Shown one piece after another: positions 54,961-64,000 of a stretch of DNA of 64,000 nt. The stretch is from an uncultured delta proteobacterium (GTDB lineage Bacteria; Myxococcota_A; Polyangia; Fen-1088). Position numbers and translations under genes: made by a program. The stretch is taken from NCBI GenBank assembly GCA_963767925.1, contig CAVYGB010000001.1, positions 192,001-256,000 of the forward strand, read 5' to 3'. Numbering within the stretch: position 1 is the stretch's first letter; each line of letters starts with the position of its first letter. The notes below the pieces were generated by a model. The model did no database searches, was not told where the DNA came from, and saw only the letters and a program-made list of their open reading frames with translations.

Positions 54961-55189
54961 ATCTGCCCGACGAAAGATCCGGTACGTCGTGTGTGTATCG
55001 AATGAAGGTTTCCAGGTATCCCTGGAGCTGCGGAAGATCTACGAGAGAACGCCGGACGTCGAGGCCGAGAAGGTAGGCTTCGTTCGTGTGGTCGATGAGT
55101 CCGGCGGGGATTATCTGTTTCCACGCGCCATGTTCGTGGACATCGACGTTCCCGCGTCTCTAGCCCGCGCCCTGTCCGCGGCCGCCTAG
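54914..55189 (+). CDS. Small hypothetical partner protein
   Basis: VVCVSNEGF..SLELRKIY..RVVDESGGDYLFP; overlaps the upstream gene; start uncertain. Confidence 0.7.
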   Translation: MASAARSSRSSASSRRSARRKIRYVVCVSNEGFQVSLELRKIYERTPDVEAEKVGFVRVVDESGGDYLFPRAMFVDIDVPASLARALSAAA

Positions 55190-55563
55190 GCAGGCCCGTC
55201 CCCCCAGAACACGAGGAGGTTCCCGTCGAGGTCCTCCACCTCGAACTGGAGTGTGTTCTTCTGCCAGACCACCTCGAAGGGCGGGCGCACGACCTTCGCT
55301 CCGCGCCCCGCGAGCTCCCGATGCAGCTCGAGCAGCTTGTCGATCGACAGGGTGAGGACCGACAGCCCAGCCGGCTTCGGCACCACGCTCTCCGAATCCA
55401 GGATCACGCTCAGGTCGCCGCGCTCGACCTCCGCGATGATCGGCCTGTCCGCCCCACCGTGGTCCCAGCGCTTCGTACAGCCCAGCTTCTCGCAGTAATA
55501 CGCCACGCTCGCCGCGACATCGCGAACCCGGAACACCGGCCGAATGAAGTACTTGTCATTCAT
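55186..55563 (-). CDS. VOC/glyoxalase family protein
   Basis: PVFRVRDVAASVAYY..FEVEDLDGNLLVF. Confidence 0.85.
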   Translation of the reverse strand: MNDKYFIRPVFRVRDVAASVAYYCEKLGCTKRWDHGGADRPIIAEVERGDLSVILDSESVVPKPAGLSVLTLSIDKLLELHRELAGRGAKVVRPPFEVVWQKNTLQFEVEDLDGNLLVFWGDGPA

Positions 55564-55649
55564 CGTGCTGGACCCCGTGCTGCCTGATCGTGGCCGTACG
55601 CTATCACCCGCCCACCCACCGTCGCCAGATCTCCGCGGAAGCGTCCCCG

Positions 55650-58600
55650 GGGATGGGGGACTGGACGGTCTCGAGGTTTCCGGCTTCGTCGTAGGTGTTC
55701 GTGCTGGTGTGGCCGAGGGGATTGTTGTGGTCAGACGGCGGCTGAAGGGGCCGTAGGTGTGGGTTGTGGTCTTGGCGTCGGAGTCTGTCTCGGTCAGGGC
55801 GTTGTTCTTGGCGTCGTAGGTCCAGCTTCGGGTGCGGTTGGTGGGGTCGGTTTCGGTGAGCTGGTTGCCGTTGGCGTCGTAGGTGCGCGTGGTGATGGCG
55901 CCTTCCTGGTCGGTCTCCTTCGTGACGAAGCCCTGGGCGTTGTACTCGAGGATGCGGGTGTTGCCGAGGCGGTCGGTGATGGTTTGGCGGCGGTTCGGGA
56001 TGTCGTAGCCGAAGTTGGTGGGCCTCCCCAGGGAGTCGGTGCTGGAGAGCAGGCGGCCGGCGGCGTCGTAGTCGTTGCGGATGGCACGGATGCCGCGGGG
56101 GTCGATGATGTCGCGGAGGTGGTGGATGCGGGTGGGGGTGTAGTAGGTGAAGCGGGTCTGGGCGCCGCCGCGGTCGGTGACTTTGGCGAGGTTGCCGTCG
56201 AGGTCGTAGCTGTATTGCAGGAATTTTCCGGCGGGGTCGGTGATGCGGGTGATGCGGCCCTGGGGGTCGCGGTCGAAGGCGATGGACCGGCCGGAGGAGT
56301 GCAGGATGCCCTGGCTGCCGAAGATGACGCTGTTGCCGTTGAGGTCCTTGATCTGCTGGAAGCCGGCGAACTGGTCGAAGTAGAGCTCCCGGCCGTCGGC
56401 GAGGGTCAGGATGTAGGCGCGCGGGTCGAGGACGGCGCCGTTCTCGTCGAGGACCTCGTCCTGGACCCACAGCAGCTCGTTGTTGCCCTGGACCTCCAGG
56501 GTGGACGTGGTGCCGGGCAGGGGCTGGAAGTCCAGGGTCACGAAGTCCGGGGGCTGGAAGGCGTCGCAGTTGTCGGCGAGGTGGGCCTCGAAGCGGTGGG
56601 TGTCGCCGTCTGGGGTCACCACCATGACCACGTTCCTCCGGGCGGGGACGATGCAGAAGGTGGGGACGGTCCCGCCGCTGGACTCCACCCGGAAGCCCTC
56701 GCCGATCTTGTCGCTCTCGAAGACCCGGACGCGGTTGATGTCGAGGGTCCAGCCGAAGCCGAAGTCACCCTTGCGGGTGTCGCGGCTGTCGTAAGAACGG
56801 AGGACCTGGATGGCGATGCCCGAGAGGGGGACGTTCAGGTCCTCGAAGGTGAGGGCCACGTGGCCCAGCTTCATCTGGTCCTTGACCATCAGCTTGATGG
56901 ACGCCTCGGCCTGGCGACCGGCGCTGTCGATGGCGACGAGGCGCAGCTCGTGCATGCCGTTCATCATCAGGGTCGGGTCGAGGCTGGCCAGCACGCCGTC
57001 GGTCACCGGGGTCTCGCCGGTCGCCAGGGGCGAGAACTCCCCTGCGTCGCCGACCTCGCGGATCTCCAGCCGCCAGGCCAGGGGGCCCTCGCCGGCGACC
57101 GAGCCGACGACCGACACCGGCTCGGTGACCTCGGCGAGGTGCAGGGGGCTGGTGAACGAGACGGTGGGCGGGTCGGCGGGTGCTTCTCCCGGCTGGACCA
57201 CGACGGTGACCTGGTCGAAGGCAGACAGCACGCTGTCGTGGGCCGCGAGGGTCAACATGTAGGTGCCCGGGGCGGCGAAGGTCACGGTGGTGCTGGCGGC
57301 GAAGCGGTCTCCGAACTGGACCGGGGCGGGGCCGGACATCTGGGCCCAGCTGCTGATCAACGGGACGCCGATCGGGCGGCCGTCGTCGGTGGCCGAGCCG
57401 GCCAGGGTCACGGTGCGGCTGGGCAGCGCGGTCACGAGGTCGGGCCCGGCGCTGACGACGGGAGCCTGGTTCGAGAGGGCGTTCAGGGTCACGACCACGG
57501 TGTCGCTGCCCAGGAGCGCGCCGTCCCAGCCCTGGAGGGCGAAGACGTAGGGACCGGCGGTGGGCCCGACGGTCACCGAGGTCGTCATGTCGCCGGGCTG
57601 GTCGATCCGGGCGGGCGCGGGCCCGGAGACCTGCACCCACTGCGTGGTCACGAGCGAGCCGGGCGGCCGGCCGTCGTCGGAGACGGTGCCCGACAGGGCG
57701 GCTGACACGGCGGGCTCGATCAGGGTCACGTCGGGACCGGCGTTGACCGAGGGCGGGCTGTTGCCCTGCACGACCTTCACGGCTACCTCGGCGAACGAGG
57801 TGCGCTCGGAGTCGCTCGCGGTCAGCCGCACGACGTAGTCGCCGAGCGCGCTGAAGGTGGCCGGGGTGCTCGGGGCGTTGGGGCTGGCGAAGGCGACGCT
57901 GGCGGGGCCGCTGACCGTGGTCCAGGAGATCGAGAGCGCGCCCCACGTCGGCAGGCCGTCATCGGTGACCACACCGGCGAGCTGCATGGTCCCGGGCGAG
58001 ACCACGATGACCCCCGAGCTGTTGGCGGCCATCACGTTCGGCGGTTGATTCGCCGTCTGGGGGTGGACGTCGACGACCAGGGTGGCAGCCGTCTGGTACT
58101 GGGAATCGCTGGCCAGCAGCTCCAGCACGTAAGAGCCGGGCAAGGGGAAGCTGGCGGTCGTGCTCGCCGCGGTGCTGTCCGCGAACGTGGCGGTCGTGGG
58201 ACCCGTGAGCTGGCGCCAGGTCGTGCGCACGACAGCGCCGGCGGGCAAGCCGTCGTCTTCGACGGTCCCTGGCAGCATCACGGCCGTCGCCGGGTGCGGC
58301 ACGCTAAGGTTCGGTCCGACCGACACGGCTGGCGCGACATTGCGGGTGGAGGCGGCGTGGAGCACGAGGGTCCCCGTCGCGCTGCCGGCCAGCTGCGAGT
58401 CGTTGGCGCTGAGGCGCACGACGTAGGTGCCCGGGACCTGCGGCAGGGTCAGGTGCGTGGCGGCCGCGTTCGGCGCGCCGAAGGCGGCTCCTGGAGGGCC
58501 GCTGAGCAGCTCCCACTGGTAGGACAGCGCCGCCCCGGCGGGGAGCCCGTCGTCGGTCACGGAGCCAATCAGCGTCACAGCACGCTCGGGTAAGGTCAGC

Positions 58601-61600
58601 TCCAGGTCCGACGGTACGACGACCACGGGCGGAGCGTTGGCCGGCGGCGCGGGGCTGTCCACGGCGACCGCGACGTCGGCGCTGGCCGCCAGCTGCCCGT
58701 CGCTCGCGGTCAGCCGCACCACGTAGCTTCCCGCGGCGTCGAACGTCGCCGCGGTCACCGGATCGGTCGCGTCTGCGAAGGCGACGTTGCCGGGGCCGCT
58801 CACCTGCGTCCAGGTGGCCGCCACGGTCCCCCCGACCGGGAGGCCGTCGTCGGACACCACGGCCGACAGACCGATGGGCACGCCCACCGGACCGGTCACC
58901 GGCGTGCTCACCATGAGGACCGGCGGCCGGTTACCCCCGACGACGGTCAACGTCATGTCGTCCGATCGCTGGTGCTGGTTGTCGCTGGCGGTCAGTCGCA
59001 GGACGTAGACCCCCGGGGCCGTGATGGTCAGGTCGGTGGCCTCGGCGTTCGGCGTGGCAAAAGTGACGCCGCCGGGGCCGCTGACCTTGCTCCACGCCAT
59101 CGCGAGGTTCCTGGACAGGGGGCTGACGTCGTCGCAGGCAAAGCCGGTCACTCGAAGGCGGTCGGTGAGCGCCACGGTGCGGTCGGGGCCTGCGCCGACC
59201 TCCGGGATGGCGTTCGGCGCGGGAGGCGGGTCGAGGACGGTGTCCTCGGCGGCCAGGTCCAGGTCGTGAATCTCCGGGCTCACGCCCTGGCTCGACCGTG
59301 TCACGGCGACCGCCACGCGTACGAAGCCGGCAAAGGGGAGGTCGAAGGTCGCGGCCTGGCCGTTGCCGGCGGAGTGGCCCCTGAACTGGTTGACGCCGTC
59401 GTAGCTCCTGTCGACCCTGACTCCGATCTTGCCGTCGCCGCAGACGCGCCCTTGCCAGGCGACCTTGATGCTGAACCCGCCGAGGCCCGTGCGAAGGAAG
59501 GACCAGGCCCCCGTCGACGGCGCGCCCCGCAGGGTGCTGCCGGTCATGTCGGCGCGGCTGTCGAGGGTGCCGCCCAGGTCCTGCGAGGTGAAGTCGACCT
59601 GCCCAACCGGGGTCACGCCATCGGTGCCCACCGGGCCGGCGCTGGGGTCGATGCGTGAGACGGTGCGGGTATGGTGGTTGGCCGTCCAGATCCGCCCCTT
59701 ACCGTCGACCGACACGCCGGTGGGGCCGGTGTTGGCGGCGAACGCGCCCGCGTAGCTACCGGGGATCTCGACGATGCCCAGCAAGTTGCCGTCCAGGTCG
59801 AGGCGGCCAACGGTCCGGCTGCCGAACCTGGTGGTTCCCGAGTCCGGCCAGCGCGAGTGCGCGACCCACACGTGTCCGCCGGGCGTTGCGACGCAGCCTT
59901 CGGCGTAGCTCGAGCCGTGGGGAAAGGTGCCCAGCAGGTCGCCCGCTGGCGAGATCTTGCGGATCTCGCTGTCCGGTGAGGAGAGCTGGCTGGTGTTCCA
60001 GACGTTTCCTGCCGGGTCCAGGCACAGGGCGTAGCTGTCGTGCTCGAAACCCCGCCAGTTCCCGCCGTTGGGACCCGAGAGGGGCCGGGCCGGATCCCTT
60101 GTCCACGTGCTCCAGGTTGACCAGGGTCTCGCTGGGCGCAGGTGCGCCAGGGGGTTGACTGGTCCCGCCGCCGCCATTCGGCGGGTTGGCCGAAACCTCG
60201 GTGTCGTCGCTGACAGAGAACTGACCGTCATTTGCAGTCAGGCGCAGCCAGTAGTTTCCCGCTTTGGGGAAAAGGGCCTCCGCATTGGGAAGCCTGGGAT
60301 CAGCAAAAGTCACCGGCGCCGGGCCGCTGAGCACGGTCCACATTACGCTCAGCTGCCTGTCGTACGGACGTCGGTCGTCGTGGACGGTGCCATTCAGACG
60401 TGCCGGACTGCCCAGGGTAGCCCGATGGAGGATGGGGCCGGCGTCGACGAACGGCGCTGCGTTTGGCGGGTTGGCGACGACCGTGACACCTATCCAGTCC
60501 GCCGTGGCAAACTGACCATCAGAAGCACGCACTTGAAGCTCGTACTTCCCAAGCGCCGTGAAGACGACGTCGGTCCGGAGCGCGGTGGGCGCCGTGAAGG
60601 TGACAGGGGCGGGGCCGTCGTGAAGGCTCCAGGCGATCTCGACTGGACCGCCGGCCGGCAGGCCGTCGTCGGTGTAGATCGCCTTCAGGTCGAGGGGGCG
60701 CCCGGTTTCCCACAGGAGGTCCGGCTCGATCGCGACCGTGGGCGGAGTGTTGGGGTTCTTCGGGACGACGGAGAGAGTGACTTCCTCGGAATCGGTAAAC
60801 TGCCCGTCGCTGACGTTCAGGCGAACCACGTAGTTTCCCGGGGTATCGATCTGAAACTGGAAGTACCCGTTGGTGCTGAAAGTCCCAATGGGCTTCGGTC
60901 CCGAAACAAAGGTCGCGCTATATGAAAGGAAGGCGCTGGGACGGCCATCGTCCCGGGCGAGGCACGCCACATACGGCTCAATTACGGACGTCACCATTTC
61001 GGTGACCGGGGGCGTGTCGCAGACAATTGTGGGAGGACTATTCGGGTTCGCGTCGACGGTCACGCGGACGTCGTCTTGCCCAGTGAGGTGTCCATCGCTC
61101 ACGGCCAGTCTGAGCGTGTAGATTCCGGGCGCCGAGAAGCTAGCCTTCGTGAGCCGAGCGTGCGAGTCGGTGAAGGCCACCAAGCCCGGCCCGTCGACAA
61201 GCGTCCAGGAGCTCTGAAGGTGACCGGGAACCGGAAGTCCGTCGTCCGCCAGCCTCGCCTCGAAGGTCGCCGTTGCGGAGATGGCGATATTGATGTCGGG
61301 TCCGACGTCGACGGATGGTGGCCGGTTGGCGCTAGGCAGTGTCGCCAGGTTGTTGTACTCGTTGACCTCGGTAAGCTCGCCGACCAAGCCGCCCTTGTCG
61401 TCGACGGAAGCCCACAGATCGGCAAATGACTGACCGAAGGCCACGGCGATGTTGCGATGCTGGCCGGGCGCGAACCCGTCGGGCAACGGGACGGTGACCA
61501 GCAACGTCCCGCCAAACCCGGGTTGTCCATCGTAGAGGGAGAGCGACAGCCCCGCTTTGGCGGCGTCGGCTCCGCGATTCCCGACGCGAACGGTGGCGGT

Positions 61601-62290
61601 GCTGCCAGACGCCCCCAGCAGGGACGCGACCAGATCGGGACGCGACCACTTGCATGTGCCCGCGATCTCCCGGTTCAGACGATAGGTGTTTCCTGCTTCC
61701 CATGACCGAACTTCATTGGCCGGGATGGTGCCGTCGTCGTTAACGTTGGTGATGTGGTAGCTGTGCTGGTTCCAGATCGGGCGTGCCGAGACCCACGCAT
61801 CACCCCTGCTTCCGAATACGCGGATGCCGGTCCGGGGTGGCTGCAGCAGGTCCTTGTTGGCGGCGACGACGATCTCAGTGTGGCCGTCCGCGTCGACGTC
61901 CGCGACGACGGGATATTCGAAGAAGGTTCCGCTCGGGTTGATGTGCGTAGAGAGTACCTCGCCGGTAGCGCCTTCGTAGATTCGCAGATGGCGCTCGTCT
62001 GCGTAGACAATCTGGGTCTTTCCGGAGCCGAGGAAGTCGAACATCGTCGATCCGGTCACGCCGGAGCTGCCGTCGACGGTGTCGGCGCTCCAGAGCAGCG
62101 ATCCGTCTCCGCGCAGCACCAGGTATTTGCTTCGGGTGGCGATACCGATCTCAGGCGTCCCGTCGCCGTCCACGTCTCCGATGGTTGGCGGGCCGCCGAG
62201 CGGGGGGCCAATAGTCCCCGGCTGGTTCGGCGGCAAGTCTCTCGACCAGGTCAGCGTTCCGTCATGCTCCTTGAATTTGATAACCGTTGT
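55650..62290 (-). pseudogene. Large FG-GAP/PKD-like/RHS (YD repeat) protein, broken
   Basis: DVDGDG and DVDADG FG-GAP motifs, many NxPPxVxAGPD..DDGLP Ig-like repeats, propeller, RSYDSRD..GDFGFGW, YD repeats; frameshifts near 60090 and 55725; no RHS core end or toxin tip; no clear start. Confidence 0.8.
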
Positions 62291-62606
62291 CGCTCACCTC
62301 GCGACCATGCAAGACCGGAGTGCATTCTCCGGCACCAGCGGCGAATCAGGGCGCCCCTCCGTGGATCCGTCACCCCCGACCAGGGCGCCTGGAGACCTGC
62401 GGTGCGGCCTTCGACGTCGAGACTCGTCCGGCGTGCGCTCGTGGTTTCACTGCCGCTGCGAGCCCGAGGGCCCGGTCTCCATCGACGACCTCCGCCTCGA
62501 CGGGCGATGCTCATCTCTTCCGGCGGATACGCGTCCTGGTAGTATCCCCGTCCGCTGCGGGCGCTGAAGCCCTGAGCGGTCTGCGGACACAGGGGGGACA
62601 CATGCC

Positions 62607-63071
62607 ATGCGAATCTGGATTGCTTTGGTGGTGGCGTTGTTTGGAGCGGCGGGGTGTGTTCCCCGGGTCGAGGCGAGGCGGGGGCCGATGACGACGGAGG
62701 CCGGGGTGGGCGTCGCGACGCTGGAGCAGGTTCTGGCGGCTTTCAATGCCCACGACCTCGATGCGATCATGCGGTTCTTCGCCGAGGACTGCGAATTGCT
62801 CATGCCCAGGGGCAAGGATCCCTGGGGCACGCGCTATGTGGGCAAGGCTGCCGTGCGCGAGGGGCTGGCGACGCGCTTTTCGGGGGTGCCCGACGTGCAC
62901 TACGGCGAGGACCGCCACTGGGTGGCCGGCGACCTCGGGGTCTCGACGTGGCTTCTCACGGGTACCACCCGATCTGGCGACAAGCTTCGCGTCCGCGGCG
63001 TCGATCTCCTCGAGTTTCGGGGGGGCAAGATCGTGAAGAAGGACTCCTACTGGAAGATCGTGGAGCCCTGA
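62607..63071 (+). CDS. NTF2/SnoaL-like lipoprotein
   Basis: AAGC lipobox; AFNAHDLDAIMRFF..GKIVKKDSYWK. Confidence 0.85.
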   Translation: MRIWIALVVALFGAAGCVPRVEARRGPMTTEAGVGVATLEQVLAAFNAHDLDAIMRFFAEDCELLMPRGKDPWGTRYVGKAAVREGLATRFSGVPDVHYGEDRHWVAGDLGVSTWLLTGTTRSGDKLRVRGVDLLEFRGGKIVKKDSYWKIVEP

Positions 63072-63351
63072 AGACGCGGGCGAGGAACCACCGCCTCGGT
63101 GGGGGCGGGGTGCTGGCGGGCGCGGTGGTGGGGGCGGCGCTTCGTTCCTTGCCGGTTCTTCATGATCAGATCCTTTCGTTCGTGTCCCGGACCGTCGTCC
63201 GGCTGGATCGGTCGCAAGGGGCGGGCCGCGGGCAGGGCGCCAAACCCTTCATTCGGTGCCGGCCGGCCTGCCCGGTTCGGCGCGGCGCTCGAGGTTCGTC
63301 GAATCGGGTCGCCGCCCCCAGCAACGCGTGCGCCTGCCGGCTGACGATCGG

Positions 63352-64000
63352 TCAGCGCGCGCCCGCCCGTCGCGGGGGGGCGATGTCGACGTCGACGCCG
63401 TCGCTGAACAGGTCGGGTGCGCGGGGTCCCAGGGTGTCGATCCCGGCGGCGGCGGTGAGGCTCTCGTGCAGGTGGCCGACGGTCACCTGCCGAAGCGGGT
63501 AGGGCGGGTGGCGGACCTGCCCGCGCAGCAGGCCCAGGAGCGGATGGCGGGCGTAGAGGGTGTAGCGCTCGACCAGGAAGCTGGCGAGCGTGCCGGGGAT
63601 GGCGGGGCCGATTGGATCGCCGACCTGGTAGCGCAGGTCGAGCGCGGCCGTCGCCGAGGCGGGCCCCGTGGGCCAGAGGCGGCGGCTGGTGTAGTGGGTC
63701 TCCCGCCCGTCCTCCTGCCGGGTCAGGCGGGCGCGGAAGTAGGGCAGGCCGAAGGTGGCCCGGGCGCCGAGCACGGCGAGGGTGCTCCCGGCGTCGAGGC
63801 TGAAGAACCAGACGCCCGGCTGTCCGTCGAGGACCACGTACGTGCGCAGGTTGGTCTCCAGGAAGCGGGCCGCGGTGGGGATCGGCGGCAAGGCGCGCAG
63901 CGGGCGGATCTCCGGGATGTCGAAGGGGATCAGCCCCAGGTAGGCCTTCCCCTCGAAGGTGTCGATCGCGAGCGGGGCCGGGACGAGCGGCCGCAGCGTC
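63352..64000 (-). CDS. DUF2071 (YqjF family) protein, 5' partial
   Basis: FLETNLRTYV, GVWFFSLDA, LPYFRA and FLVERY. Confidence 0.88.
   Translation of the reverse strand, partial: TLRPLVPAPLAIDTFEGKAYLGLIPFDIPEIRPLRALPPIPTAARFLETNLRTYVVLDGQPGVWFFSLDAGSTLAVLGARATFGLPYFRARLTRQEDGRETHYTSRRLWPTGPASATAALDLRYQVGDPIGPAIPGTLASFLVERYTLYARHPLLGLLRGQVRHPPYPLRQVTVGHLHESLTAAAGIDTLGPRAPDLFSDGVDVDIAPPRRAGAR

Noticed and set aside
55186..60231. RHS-VOC fusion protein (1681-aa ORF)
   Set aside because: The YD repeats shift frame near 55725 and the linker is non-coding-like; the VOC gene has its own ATG at 55563

Overview
High-GC bacterial window whose gene content (Cys-rich lipoproteins, DUF1592/DUF1552 pair, CotH kinase, EF-hand amidase) suggests Myxococcota. 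The taxon is an inference. Housekeeping and metabolic genes include argS, leuA, a PPK2, phnCDEE, a U32 peptidase and a GH20 hexosaminidase. An accessory stretch at about 7.3-19.2 kb is a decayed integron. It contains a fragmented intI, at least four degenerate attC-like sites, cassette-like ORFs (HEPN, nuclease-like, toxin-antitoxin modules) and an intact-looking group II intron (11839-13764). That intron appears to be nested inside the 5' remnant of a second group II intron, with a visible EBS1-IBS1 match. The window also holds about seven TA-like loci (several with truncated toxins), two long palindromic MITE-like elements, REP pairs, a short palindrome family near gene truncation points, two candidate effector/immunity pairs, and a large broken FG-GAP/PKD/RHS gene. 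Several frameshifts could be sequencing errors. All family calls come from motif recognition by eye; no database search was run.
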